Part shown: one piece after another, positions 1-14,433 of the stretch
Numbering within the stretch: the first letter of the stretch is position 1
Layout of the letters: each line of letters starts with the position of its first letter
DNA from: Trichosphaerium sp. ATCC 40318
Taxonomy: Eukaryota > Protista > Tubulinea
Assembly: GCA_038496445.1 (NCBI GenBank)
Contig: JALMLS010000361.1
Span: 186,001-250,000, forward strand
Length of the DNA stretch: 64,000 bases
Direction: 5' to 3'
The notes under the pieces: generated by a model
The model's input: the letters and a program-made list of their open reading frames with translations, nothing else
Databases searched by the model: none
What the model was told of the DNA's origin: nothing
Program-made: the position numbers and the translations under genes

Positions 1-3000
1 CAGCTCTCCCAACTGTAGACCGTGGAGTTAAGTTTGTCACATAAGTGGGTACAACAAAACCGTTGTTCCTTGGTGATGCACTCGCAGTAGAGCTCACAGA
101 TCCACTTTTAGACTCAAGCGAAGAAGTACTCTCTTTGTCATTAATAACAGAAGATATCTCTGTTGTGTCGGCTTCAAAAACACCTAGGACAACAGCTTCT
201 GGTGGATTATGGCTACTTGACATTGACATCAGTGGTTGTGAAGTAATAGACCTACAAGAAACAATGTTAGAAACACTGTACTATTGAAGAGTTTGTGCGT
301 ACTTTGGGTAAAGTAGCTCTCGTTCATCACTTCCTGCACTGACATTATCACGTTCCTATTAATATTAGCATCTTTTGGTGAGTATAATCACGTACTTCTG
401 GTATAGGAGAAAGAGCACGATCCATAGCTGGGGAAGAGAGCTGAAGGTAAATAATTAATAAATCATTCGTTGTGAAATACTACTGTACATTTGTTGGAAT
501 ATTAATCCTCTTAACTGTTTTAATAGACGCTGCAGAGTGCTAAACAATAACAATTAGATGTTGAAGTTAATTAATATTTGGTCGGTACAGCAGTTTTCTT
601 TCTTTGTTGTTTGAGGATTTTGGGAAATTTCCTCTTTGGCGACTCCATATCTGTTTTGGAAGATAACTTAGAACCTAGTTTTTTTATGAATTAGTGACAG
701 TGTTATAACAAATACAAAAGGAAGTCGGATAGGCATACTTGAAGGAGATTTTGTCTTAGTAGGAGATATCATATCATCACTCTCTCCGGATGCTTCAACA
801 ACACTTTTAGAACCTCCAGATGTCTAACGAGATAAGTTAAACAACCAAATGATTAAACACTAACCTCTTCTGCTCCTGAATATCCTTCTTTCTTTACAAA
901 TGGCCTTGAAAAAGCATTCTTAAAAGCCTAAGGGAAAAAACCTTTAGACAATGAACCATGCTATTTATAACGACATACACTTCTTGTTTTATGTTTAGTT
1001 CTCTTGTACATAACCCAGAAAGCATAGTCTCTGAGAGCACCAGCAGTTAATCCCGCTAAATAAAGAAACGTGAATAACAAATCACTTTTACTAGTTCTCC
1101 TTGACTTACGTTCTTGGTATGTCTTCTTGTATGATCCATCAGGGTAAACAATCTCAATTGCAAACAGCTGTGGTGCAACAAGGGGTGGTGGAACATACTT
1201 TTTATACTCTGGCCATTGTATTGCCTCAGAAGGATCAGCACGCTTTGGCATAAAACGTTCGCGATATCTAGAGATATAATCAATAAAATCAATGCAAAAT
1301 ACAATGGCAATAACATTACCTTGCGAATTGATGTCTGAAATCATTAGATTCCTCAGTTGGTTGATCAAGAAAAGATGAAACATCACCAATAATAGAAGTA
1401 ACAGAATTAAAAACTTCAAGTTCCTTCTCCAAGTTGATTTCAGCCTTCTCGAACTGAGATCTAGGAACCATCTCCAAATTTGGTGTAACAAACGTCGTTG
1501 TAAATACACTCTGAATTATTGGTATTCTGTACAATGGCAACGACTCCTAAAGTTCTTTGTAAACGCCACAAATGGGAAAAAGGAAAAAGATGTACCTTTA
1601 CTAGAGGAGTGTTTAAAGCAGTGATACGAAGTATATAATCATCAATTGAAGATAAGTTCACGGTATTTGCCCAAGGACTCTTTTGAGCTCTGGCGTAAAG
1701 TGCTTGTTTAACCTCCCCCACACGCATTGTTCCAATACAGTGAATTTGAACAGCTAACTTGTTGTTGCCGCTAAAGAAATTGTTAAACATCATACTAAGG
1801 CACTCATGTATATTAACTTACTGCGCAATGTAGTTTGTTGATATATAGTCCTTTCTATTAAGCCCCAAGCTACGGACAGGTGGTACAAATACACGTGCTG
1901 TTTTGTCTGTAGCTCTTTGACGACTGGATGTGTATTTTTTTCCTTTGCGTGTAGACTTTATTTTCAATTTGAGAGTAGCATAAAACGTCTCCCGTGACTC
2001 TAACGAATATCCCAACGACTGTAAACGACCCTAAAAGATATATTAAATCACCAGTGGCACACAAACTTTTCACATACTCTGCGTTGCCTATCAAAGTTAA
2101 GCGCTTTCTGAGTTCCTTTGAACATACTAACAATAGATTGGATACTTGGTACATCATCAAAGCCACTAGGAGCATTGTTGGGACTATTAAGAGACTTATA
2201 CCAATCTCTACTGAGCAAAGGCATTAATGACGTCAATGATGTCACAACATCTTGTATGCCTGCTTTAATACGTTGCTCTTTTATCGTGTCAGAGAATAAT
2301 TCAAAACGGCTATAATTCTTTACCTTTAAGTTGCACGTCTTGAGCAATTAACTTCTCTATTGCACCATTGATTGTTCTCATAAATGCTTTTTTTGCTGCT
2401 TCAGAGGTTACGTAAACGTTAATAGTATGGGACGGTCCAGCAATACGAAAAGAAGGTTTCGAATTAGGTGGACTTGGCTTAATAAATACAGAATGCAAAG
2501 CAAACTTTTGTGCAGCATGCTCTCCGTCACTACTATCTAACATATATATTAGATAAATACTATTCCTTAAACAAGACGAAAAGGGCGTACCAGATTGGGC
2601 TATAACGAGTATAAGATCATTAAACAGGATCAACGAGTGTTGAAGTGGACCATCTTCTCGCGTAGCAATGGCAGTGCTATACAGGTACCGCCTATGCGGT
2701 TCCAGCAAATACTGCGCAAAAGGTTAGGTTTTTATTGATTTAATAAAGTATTGTAACACGTGCTTGATAGTTCGGAAACTGACGAACAAAGTCAAGGAAT
2801 TTTATAGAGTTTGAATTTGCTGACTCATCTTGAGAGAAACTCTGAAGCATCTGCGCCATATCTCTGCACTTACTCAATACCTTTTTTAGTGATTTATACT
2901 CATCCATATACTTTGGTGTTCTCTCAGAAAGCTCCTATGATAATAGCAAACAGTCAAAATTAAAGCAACTAGCAATAAGAAATCATCAAAACCCGAACAA

Positions 3001-5542
3001 AGTACTCACCTCAAACAAAGGCTCTAATCTTTTAAAGTGCTTGAAAGGTAACATAAGGAAATTTCCTATTTGTTCAGGCCCTTTTCCACCTTTGGTAATC
3101 AAACCAGATTTTATAACACGTGGGTGTATAAATAAATGACGCTTTAGAAAGGTTAATAAAAGGTTAAAAAAAAATAATAAAAGATATCATTACCTTCATT
3201 TGAGAAGCGAGTTTAGTTGTTGACTTTACACTCTCTTGGTAAAGCTGCCATGATTTTGCAAACCCTGAACCGTATATAGTGTATATTTGCAAGAAAAGGT
3301 TGTCCTTAGCAAAATGTAAATCTAATGACATTTGTTGAAGATGCAGTTCTATAGAACTGAACGTACAGTGAATGCCCTTAGGAATATATCACTAATATTG
3401 TAATCTTTTTTTATACTCCCAAGTTTTCCTGTCAGCTTTTTTACAATCCTCTGGTGGTAACCAGCGATCTCTTTAATATTAGAAATAATTAATGCCCAGC
3501 TATTCTTCCCAATAAGTTTCGCCATGACGTTTGAAATCACCTGTAAATATTCATCAGTTGCCAAACCACATATTCCAAAAGTGCAATTCCATCGACTTCT
3601 TTTGACAACGTACACCAGTAAGTAGTACAATATTACTAAAGTATTTACGCTCTTCATTAAAAATACGGAAGAGTGTGACATTCCTGCTATCAACGCCATT
3701 ATCTATGATTATTAATAAACTTCGAATTTTCCTTTTGTTCAAAAAAAACACATATGAGCCTTCACTCAAAGTCGTTCAATAAAATGAAACAATTGTGAAT
3801 GAGGGTAAAAAACAGAAAATGTACCTGCGTAAGCGATACAATGTCTATATCCACACTTGACAGATAAAACAACGTAATCTTGAAGAGCAATAACACGTTT
3901 TGGAACAAGAACATCAGCTTCATCACCATGTCCAAGTTTTCCTTTAGCACCTGCACCCCAAGTGTACAAAGTCCCATCAGCTAAAAGGTTTAGTTAAACC
4001 TAACAAAAATAGGTTTCAAAAACGTACTTGTCACACAAGCATTGTAGTGACGTGAAGTACAAATACTAAGTACTGGTGCGTCAATCTCTAGCAGAGCTGG
4101 TACTTGATAATTCTTATGACCTCTTCCAAGTTCTCCGTGTTTACCTTGTTGCAAAGTAAGTCGAAGAATTAATTGTTTCTTGTATTATCACCTGCGCCCC
4201 AAGTATAAACATAACCTTCAACAGAAATAGCAGCAGTATGTTGGTAGCCACATGATACTTTTTCAATGCGAGTCTGAGAAGACTGAAAGAACTCTAGTAA
4301 TCTAGGGAAAGACTCGTTTTTCTGTGCTGGGTGACCAAGTTGACACATGTCACCTCTACCCCAAGCATAGACAGATTTATCAGCTACAGTATGGTAAGTA
4401 CAAACAACACAGATATTACACCAAAAAAAAAACAAACAAATATTTAGCGCTTGAATACCTGTAACTGCGGCTGTATGTTCAAAACCTGATGACACATACT
4501 CAACAATAGGTACAGATCCAGTAAATTCTACTTCACATGGAGAAAACCTATTAGATGTACCACCAACACCAAGTTGACCAAAATGATTGGCTCCAAAAGC
4601 ATAAATCTTTCCAGAACCTAAATAATTATTCGTCTTAGGAATATGACTTTATCATGTTAATTATAAGTGCCACACCTGTCAATAAGCAAGTATGGTGACC
4701 ACCAAGAGCTAGTTGTACAACTCTAACATGCTTTAAAGCAGCCAAATACTGAGGCTTCGAAATTGACTCTGATGATGTTTTACCAATGCCCAATTGTCCC
4801 ATGTCGCAACTACCCCATAAAAAAACCTCACCAACCTCTTAAATATATATTAATCCATCAAATACTTTGCAATGAGTTAAAAAAAGTCGTCATGTGACGC
4901 AAATTACGAAATCAGAAAATTGTGTTTTCTGACACAACCATTTTTAGCTGTTGCAACAAGCTGCGTTTGGAATGGCATATTACCTGTCAATACGCCTGTA
5001 TGAGAGTCTCCACAATCGACTTGTACTATATGTCGCTCTCTAAATAACTCACTACCACTAGAAAGAGGTCATTCTGTCGTTTATTAATCTTATGCTTTCG
5101 TACCCGAGCGGTGTTGGTCTATAGACCTTTCCTTTACGTTCTTTTTTAGCACTCTGATCACCACATTGGTCACAGTCGTTTTTACCGAAAGTAAAAAGCA
5201 CGTCATTGTCATCTTTTACTGTAGGGATTTTAGTGTATTGGCAAGCGATAATATAGCGTAAATGAGCGCTGTTTTAGCCATTGGACATTATTAAACCGCA
5301 ATTCGCGGCAGACTATTTTGAAAAAATAATAACGCACCTGATAGTATCGCCGAGTGCGATGAAAACGTAGCTATATGCGTTATTTGGCTATCATCATACT
5401 TTTCGTGAGGTTTTGGTGTTTTATGTATTCCAATACGCTCTTCACCGAGCCCTAGTTGCCCTACAGTACCACTGCCCCATACAAACAACCCAGGTGTAGT
5501 ATCTTCTAACCCTTTTCCTTTCCATCTCTTCTTATGGGCCAT
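1..5542 (-). CDS. Large multi-exon signalling protein: RCC1 repeats + DH-PH (RhoGEF) + degenerate FYVE-like finger + class I PI3K-like ABD/RBD region; 3' end runs off the window
   Basis: RCC1 motifs LFVWGSGTVGQLGLG, VYAWGRGDMCQLG, YTWGAGAKGKLGHG; DH start IFNEERKYFSNI; PH LILFNDLILV...AFMRTINGAI; Cys cluster RVCEKFVCH...CICTTC; EVFNSVTSIIG...EESNDFRHQFAR resembles the p110 ABD-RBD linker. Confidence 0.75.
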
Positions 5543-5769
5543 ACACGCATATCACACACGCGACGTTATATTATTGAGGTCGGGTTTACTGCCCTTGCTT
5601 ATTCACTGCAAGGGCTTAATTCAAAAACCGGAATTCAAGCAAACTGAAACACAAGAAGTGGTGCAAGAACTGCACGCAATTTTCGGCGAAGATGGCGTTA
5701 TTACGCTAAAAGCTAAAAAAATCCGTAACATTTCACTTTTTTTTACTCTAATGTACAACATATAACTGT

Positions 5770-8396
5770 TTACTTTTGTAAGAGGGTTAGAATCTGCTGT
5801 AGCATCTGATAATTCTGTTCTTGTCTTTCCTCTAGTGCTGTCAGACGCTTCTCAACAAGATCCCATCGTTTCTCTCCTCCAGTAGTCACTACAAAGAAAG
5901 TCAGCGATGAATTTGTGGATGGTTTTTGGTATTGTACCTTCTTTGTTTCCTGATTTGTAGAAGGACCTTCTATTCTCTTTTTTCTGTTGTTTTGAGATAG
6001 AATCGGTCTCATCCTTCTTACGCTTTTCTTTTGTTATTTTTTTATTCGAAAGTTGCCCGCTGGATTGTGATTGTTTTAATTCCGGTGGAGGTTTCAAAGT
6101 ACTCTCTCTTTTTTCATCACTACTAGGTGGTTTATCCCACGTTGTTTCTTTCGTGACAGCATTATGGTAGTACGTCCTAATGATAAAAAATGACATTCTG
6201 AAGTAAAAAATTGTTCAGAATACATACCTGCCATCATCAGTTTGGTACGCAGTCCACTCTTCTGCACTCTTTTTCTTCTTTTTTAATTGTGGGCTTGGAG
6301 GGAAGTTTGGGGGTGGAAATTTCACTCTTGGAGATACCGCTCTTGGCGATGAACGTGATGGTGGCATAGACATTGACGAAACCATATTTTGTCTTACAAA
6401 ACTTAGTACTAACACAATACCTTTTGATCGTACTTTGGGTTTGGTCGCTTCAGTGATAAATTCTTTAGTTCCTATATTGCAACATAAGCACCAATGGATT
6501 CTACTAAATTACATACATTACTAACTCTCTTGAATCCTTTTCCTCCTTTTCCTCTATTGAACTTTTTTTTACCTGGAATGCGTAACATTCCCATACCCTT
6601 CTTTGGCATACCAAAGCCTGGGTATTTCTTAAATGCTTTCTTTGGACCAGGTCCACCAGTTTTCTTAGGTCCGAAACTTCGTTTGGGCCGAACTAGACTA
6701 CCACCAGCTATTGAAGAAATGTAAGTGAAAATAAAATATAAACGCGAAGTATAGTACGTGGCGGAGGCAATCGGAATGACTCTGATTTCTTAGGTACAAC
6801 ATGCTAGGTACTGTGTCAGTTACAATAAGCATGAATACAAGTTACCAATGGTGGAGGGCTATTAGGTGGAGGATTAAATGAAGGAGCAACGAACTTCTTG
6901 GAAGCTAAAATTTCGCTTTTGTGATTAATCATATTTTCGGTAGCTCTCGTTAGAGAGTCCATATCCATTACATTGATATCACCACTATCAGTACGTAAAA
7001 GCGTTGGACCAAATACAACTGCCAAATTACTGGCTCCCTAAGATTCAAAGGCATCAGCAAATGATCCAGCTTTTTTTTTTACTCCAGAAAAAAAAGTGCA
7101 ATTTCACTTACCATTTTATTAAAAGACTCGTGTTGTGCAATAAATGCCAAAAACTCTAACAATAATCTCAATGTTTCTAGATTATGCATAGGTAGAGTAG
7201 AAACAATAGTTCTTAGTTCCTAATATAATGACGTCAGGAATGAAATTGTATGTCTTTTTCTTTTGCGCGCACAGATATATTAGAAGCGTTTTTAACAATA
7301 GGAGTGTATTTAGAAAACGTCATGATAGGTTCGGGTAATTCTCTAGAATTTGAAAAAAAATGTGAGCAAAACAGCCTAGGAACCGAAAAATACCAAACTG
7401 CAACGTAGCTACGTTACCTCAAGTATAATTTAAGCATGCCTCCAATAGCAAGAGGGTCAAAGTCGCTCAAGTCGGGTATTTCTCCTAAAAAGTGACTTTT
7501 TGTTATTGACAGAATACCCGTAACATAGATAACATTGTCTTATTTATCATTATGCATTTGAATTAACATACCCAAGTCCAAAAACTTTTGTAACAAAATC
7601 ATTTCGGCTTTCGACCCAGGAACCCTGAATAAACCTTCCTCTTTTGCGTCTTGTGAACGAAATTAGTTTGGTTTACCAATTCTGAACAATATAATCCAGT
7701 ATTATATTGCTATTGAGCCGTACGTTTCTTCAAATGAGCGCATATTGCACTTATTACGTTTGGAACATATTGACCGCTTTTACAAGCGCGTTGAAGCTCG
7801 CTACCAAATGTGCGAACGCCTGTTGAATGACTTGATGAGTCTTGTGAAAAGAATGTATTTTCGATTTTTCGAAATACGATTTCATTTGAAGAGGTGGTAT
7901 GCGTACTATCTATTGATATGATGCTATTAAGCACTTTGCCCCAATCTTGCAGTTGTATTTCATCTGCCAATGCAAAAGAGAGTTTTTTACCTTTAGTTGT
8001 TTAAAACGAGCGCTATAGACTGTGACCGTACCTTTTTTATCATCTACATTGTCAACGACCCAACCAAAATCAACTTTCTTTGCATTAGCTGGACGAATGA
8101 AGCAGCTACTTCCAATTTGAACAGTTTCAATAGCATCTTTGGCTGGCTCTGTAGCTTTTACCTTTTAAGATTTTTAGCGCTAACAACACTAATACACGTA
8201 ATACAACCGTACGTAGCTATCATTGTCTTTAAATACGTAAAAATAGCCATCAACGTCTAAAACTACATGATATTGTTTCCATGAGCCTGCACGCTTGACT
8301 TGCAATTGCCCTGAGCGCAATATGGTTTTCGCAAACTAAAGTAGGTTTTCAGTACAGTGCATTTTGGAATTGGAATTCTAAAGCTACCGTGTTCAT
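5770..8396 (-). CDS. PH-RhoGAP-proline-rich-WW domain protein
   Basis: Spliced start MNT|FAKTILRSGQLQVKRAGSWKQYHVVL (PH); GAP motifs EEGLFRVPG and NLAVVFGPTLLR; WW EWTAYQTDDGR|TYYHNAVTKETTWDKP; C-terminal coiled coil. Confidence 0.85.
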
Positions 8397-8620
8397 TGTG
8401 ATACTCGCTTGAAACCTTTTGCAATTGAGAGATAGTTTACGGTTATATGAAAAAAAATACCCCAAGGTCATCCTTTTTCTGGCAATGTTACTAAAACCAA
8501 TGGCTTCTTTTAGGCACATTCTTACCACGTCATTATATTGCGTATATATGCATCGCTAACGATACAGTGTACCACAACGTATTTGGCTGGATCCCAGACT
8601 CATAATTTATCATACTATAT

Positions 8621-11119
8621 TTATTCTTCCTGTTCTTTGCCGCTTTTAAGATACAAAACTATAGCAGCAACTATAATAACAAGTAGTATCAAGAACAATA
8701 TACCACCTCCGAGTATGTATGCCCATAAAGGCACATCACTCTTTTCCTTTTTTTCATCATTTATAAGCACAAATAGTTGCTGTTCTAAAAGCGAGAAGTG
8801 AGTTGTGATGAACATTAACAAGGTATGTATGCTTTGAAAAAAACAAATGTACCTTGTACAACAAGGGAAGCTGTTTTGTCCTCTGGGAGATGACTGACAT
8901 TTACGTCAATTGTTGATAAGTCAGCTGATTGACAGTTTCTGCTCCTGTATTGCCCCAAATGTATAACTTTCTTACCTTTGACCATATCTTCTGGCAGGTC
9001 TACGTTAATGCTACCCTATCAAATTACGATTAGAACTCTCCAATTTTTTCTAAAATGATCATTGTACCCTCTGAAAGATGAAACAACCTTCTGTAATAAT
9101 ATATCCCGGCCGAGACCATCCATACCAGCTTGTCTCTTGCTGGGCTCGGCAAATGAGAAGGTTAAATTGCCACCATTGAGCACTAAACTCGCTAAAATGG
9201 ATTAGCTCTTCAATACAGACATACCAATGGAGTACTTGTTACTACATGTCGACTATTAAGCGAAAGCTCTGTGTTATCTCTGCTGTCAATGTTGATAAAT
9301 CTGCACCTAAATGATTGTTACGTTACTTTGGTAATACAAATACATACGTAGGTCCTTCACATGTCATTTGACATGCACCTTGATCCCATGATGGAATGTT
9401 TGGGCAAATTGCAGTAGTAACTTGGGTTGTGGGACCAATTGTAGGTGCTAAAGTGTTTACTGGTGCACTTGTTGAAGGTGCTTCAGTAGGCACTTCGGTG
9501 GGCGCTTCAGTAGGCACTTCAGTTGGTACTTCAGTAGGGGATATCGTTGGGGGAGGTGTTGTTGTTGGTATAAATGTGTAAAGTAGCTCTTGGGGAGCGC
9601 GTGATACAAAATACACAATGGCACCTACACGAAAGAATAAGGATTTGTAGTGGAAAACTAACTACTTTACCCTCATAGTCAAGTGCGTGAGTAGGAGCAG
9701 TTTCCCATGAAGTTACTCTCATAAACTCAGTTGCTCTGGATTGTGCAATAGAATAGATTGAAAAGTTTGTTTCGTTTCGTACAACCTATGAATTTGAGTC
9801 AAAAACCCAGCTGGCTATTTATACGTACAACAAAGAGAGCTGCACTTTCCAAATTTTGATCTAATACAACTAGATTGGTTATGCCACAATTGAACGCTGC
9901 ACAATCTAATAGTACTTTGCTCACCTGATCCAAAAAGGTCAGTGAACGCGATTGTAATTGAAACTTACATTGTTGACAGGATCGAACTGCATTAATGAAT
10001 CTCCTGTTGATCTATTTGATGCTACATAGTAAAGGTGGTTTTCGAATGATACCAGTCTGCTAGAAATGATTCTGAAGCCTGTACATATTAGTAAAAATAC
10101 TATGTTTTTAAAAAGACTCTTTAGACGCACGTGTATCCAATAGTGCCACTGAGTGCTCTTCGTTTTGATTCATTCTATAAATTTTATAGCCACTTCCTAC
10201 GATAGACATCCAGAACAAATCTCCTTGATGTTCAACAAAGTTGAACGGTGTACTACTTTGAGTGCCATCTTCAAGTTCAAAAAAAGTAAACGTATTTCTA
10301 TCATCTATTCTACAAAGCTCTACACCATAATCTATTACTGCTGTTATAGCCCTTACAACACGTGCTCGGAAATATAACCGATTAGAGTATACAAAAAATT
10401 CTTGAGGATCTCCTATAACAACATTAACGTTGTAGTTGCAACTTATCTATCTAACCACTTTGTCCACTTAGTTCGTTGATGTTTCGCACCAACTCTCCTC
10501 CACTACTTGGAGTTGGGTAGCTGTACAATTCACTCTCACAAAAGGAAATGCGGAACGCTGACATATATATTACATTATTGAACGCTGTTGCTTCTTTGAC
10601 ACTAGTCAAGTTTACTAGAGTTTTATTACCTGCCAGAAACAATAAGTTTAACCAATACTCCCGTATAGGTAATAGAAGCGTACTGGACAGACTTGAGTCA
10701 ACAATAACGCGCTGCGAGCCAATTTCACAGGTTGGAGAATCTGTCAAATGATAGACAATGGATGATCCGCTAAAACATCTATTAACGCAACATCTACGCG
10801 TTTTATCGTACATAGACACCTTTGCGAACGAATCCGATTGGGTTATTAAATCACTCGAAGTAAAATTGTAACGGCGCGTTTCAGCAACTGGCTCAGCAAA
10901 CGAGCACCATATATAGCCCTCATGGCTTGTATTGTCAGAACAGGTAGTGTTTTTAAACGTACATAAGCGGTTCCTTGCAGGCTCCGGGCAGTACTTGGCC
11001 TGCAGTGAGATTTGCCGAAACTGTAGAGTAGGCTAAACCAATTAATGGGTTAAACGCGTATTTCTATTATTTATGTTACCTAAAATCGCTACCAACAGTA
11101 ACGTGAGTGCGTGTGGCAT
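8621..11119 (-). CDS. Type I membrane surface protein with ELWxxDGT-like beta-propeller repeats and PT-rich stalk
   Basis: Signal peptide MPHALTLLLVAIL; ELYSY...ELVRNIN...DPQEFFVYSNRLYFRA; PTEV/PTEA repeats; TM LWAYILGGGILFLILLVIIVAAIVLYL. Confidence 0.7.
9460..9545 (-). repeat. 12-nt coding tandem repeat (PTEV/PTEA stalk)
   Basis: gcttcagtagg/acttcggtggg-type units encoding PTEVPTEVPTEAPTEVPTEAP. Confidence 0.85.
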
Positions 11120-11340
11120 TGGTAGTCTTCCTGTACTGCTAGTTCGTTTTTCACGTGAAGACTCTTTTACAAAAACCGTAACAGAGTCGCTACAGTATTA
11201 CTAGCAGTTGGTAATGTTGTATTACACGTTCCAGAAACCTCCTTTAAAACTGATTGCTTGGCTTAACAGGCGTGCCTTACCATACCACTTTTGCTTTGTC
11301 GCGAATTAAGACTGTACACCCTAAGGGTATCTAACGGAAG

Positions 11341-14082
11341 ATGGCATCACCTGTAGACGAAGAATTGTACGAATCGCTTAATGAGCTCGAAAAGCTGCTC
11401 CTGTGCAAGCTTACCTCTGAGGTACACGATCATTTGTTGGAAAACGTAGAGAAAAAAATATCAGTATTTACATAATTCGCTCAAACAAGATTTTTACTGT
11501 AGGCAGAGATCAAAAGCATCATTTCTACGCGAAGGGAACTACTATACGGTCTTTACAGTCAACAATCTAAAAAAGAGGACTATTTACGCCTGCTTGAGTT
11601 TGAGTGTAATCTACTTGGTCTCTTAACGATACGTATGGCACCTCAGCGTAATACAGCGGCAATGGTTTTTGAACAGGTACAAATCGTCATTTAATAGTTT
11701 TACATGCCATTCGATTGGTAATACACATATTCCGTGCGTTTCTGACATTTTTTCGAAAAGAAAGAAGTAAAGAGCGGAGTGCCAGGCATGGAGCCTGTTT
11801 TGAAGATGACAACAAGAATCATAAAATACTTCAACAGAGCTACTATAAGATACCCACGCGATGACAGAATTTGGCTACAATACATTCATTGGGCAGCTAA
11901 AACAGGTCTTAGAACAACATTGACAAGAGGTGCAATTTTTACTGCTTCTACTCCACCTAACCCTCTCTCTGTAGCGCTTTTACGCACCTTGCAATTACGG
12001 TCAACAGTACCAGAATATTGGATTCTAGCAGCTGACTTTGAATGGAGGAACAAGAAGAATATATTGGCAGCAAGACGTGCGTTAAAAAAATTGTGTTGGT
12101 TGTTCACTAACCTGTTTTGTTACTAGGTTTACTACAAAGAGGTATTCGTATGAACGCCAAGTGTCAAAAACTGTATATTGAGTATTTCAGACTTGAACTA
12201 TTGTATATTTACTTACTCTCAACACGTGCTGAATATGTCAAGAAAACAAAAGAGTTAAGCGCTGGAAAAGGATTGGATGAGCAATTGCCACAAGAAATAG
12301 GTATTTTGAGTTAACAAGAGTTAATGATATTGACCTTTCTGTTTGTAGAATCAAATGATACGAGTAAGATTCCAATTTTAGAAGATTCAAACTCTGCTAT
12401 ATCCCAGGGAAGGATTGCTACAATTGTTGTCAGACATGCTATGAAGCGTAAGACCAATTTCTGGGTTTTTTTGTTGTAGCTTTTTGTTGACATGCCGTTG
12501 TTTTTAGAGTTTCCAGATAACCTTGATATAATTAGAGGATTTTTGGGAGTTATCGCATTATTTAATAAGGAACAAGATATGAGATTCCCTATTGTAGAAG
12601 ACACTATTTTTGAGTATCTAAGGTATGACTGTTCGCCTAAAGGTTTTCATTAAAATTTCTTAGAGAAAATACCACAGAACCATCTCAAGCTTGGGGATTA
12701 TTAACTGAGTACACCCTTTCTCTTGGAGAAAAAGAAACAGACAGAGAACGAGCTCCAAAAAAGGACCGTGAAAGTATTGCAGGACTTACTGAAGTGCTAA
12801 ACATGTGGGAGCAAAAGCTTGCTGTAAGTAGTAATTTTTGCGCTTTTATACTAATAATAACCCACAGGAAGATCCAACTGCTGTAAATATAGCTGAGAGT
12901 TACTTGGAGTTCATACTAAGTAGCTATACAAAGTTCAAATCACGCACACAAGTGAAGGTAACAAACCCTTTCGAGTTTCTCTTCTGTATCAAGTAACAAT
13001 CTATTCACACTAATTCTAGAAATGCGCACTTCTTCGTAGGCGGTTCGTTGAATTTCTTGACGTGTCAATGACATCTGATAACATGACACCTAAAATGTGG
13101 TACGTTGATAAAAAAAGGTTGGTCTTCATCTGTATTCACGTTGCCTGTCTTAAGGTTACTTGGTATTGATACTCTTATTCGATGGGGTAAACCGTATGTC
13201 GCTTTTGCTATTGCAAAGAGCAGTATTAAATCAAAAGGCACCGTACGTTTGGAAGCCTCAATAAGTCAGTTACAATTTGTTAATGTTCACTTTTTAGAAC
13301 GCTGATGTTGTGTGTGCTTACGTGAAGTTATATTCTTTCATGTTAACAGACCTTGACATAGCTAAATGTGGCTTAAAGGAGGATACGAAATGGCTTGATT
13401 ACAGACGAACATGTGAAGCTCTTCTAAGTGACACACGTACTGATGACTTGAAACAAAGAACAACACTTTGGGCAGCATACCTTTCTAGCCTCTGGCAACA
13501 CGATAAAAAAAAATCTTACAATGCATACAAGGTACAAAACTTTGATGACATAATGTCGATTTTCTTTGTTTATTCATAAAAGAAACTAATCGTATATCTC
13601 CCAGAAATGTCTTGAGGACAATCAAATTGCACGTCAAGTGTTTGGTGAATACTTTGGATTTGTTACCAAAAACTCTACGCCAGGGGATATCAACCTCATT
13701 AGAGAGATGTATAACTTGTGAGTCTTCTAGTAATTTGGTTTAATTATAACGTTTCTTATTATTTTCTTACAGAACGATTGATTGTACACAGCTCCCATAT
13801 TACCAATGGAATAAAATACTTGGATTTGAGAAAAAACAAAAAACTGCAAAGAGCACGGATCACATAACACGATTATATACCCGTGTTGCTGTACTCCACG
13901 GAGCTAAGAATTGCGACTTGTGGTTGGATGCCATCCGTTGGCAATACTTACTTGGTAACACAGATAGAGCTTCCAGTTTATACTGGGAAGCTACCAGACA
14001 ACTCAAGCCAGAACATGTACAAGATTTCACACAAAGGCACAGCTTAAAACAAGCACAATGGCAAAATGAGATGTCAAAATAA
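11341..14082 (+). CDS. UTP6: U3 snoRNA-associated protein 6 (HAT repeats)
   Basis: Spliced N-terminus LNELEKLLLCKLTSE|AEIKSIISTRRELLY...KEDYLRLLEFECNL matches the UTP6 N-domain; HAT motifs RIWLQYIHW, WILAADFEW, LLQRGIRMN, YIEYFRLEL. Confidence 0.85.
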
Positions 14083-14433
14083 ATAAAAACAACAAATTTT
14101 TTGTCCAATGACGTTTAAAAGGACGCGAAAGTATTAAACGCATACACGTCAACTGTACAAGAATACGTTTAAGGGCGTACAAAACACAAGAGGTCTATTG
14201 CTCACTCACAAAAAAACGAATTCATATCTACGCAAGTATTTCTTGTAAGGATATTGGCCATCTACTATGCTAACATGATTAGAGTGATGATTATTGTATT
14301 TAATCAATTGTAAGTTTACCAGATATGACTTTGCTGGCTTAAAATCACTGTATCATTCACAATAACGATATTCGCAAGTTCTGATTCGCAAGTTGCTCGT
14401 ATAAACTACTGGAACGAACCTGTTGAAATTACC

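Noticed and set aside
5530-5775. Read-through splicing fusing the RhoGAP gene to the RCC1 gene
   Set aside because: A donor-like AAgtaaac overlaps the stop codon, but an in-frame join needs an atypical GAG acceptor; both genes have their own plausible start and stop
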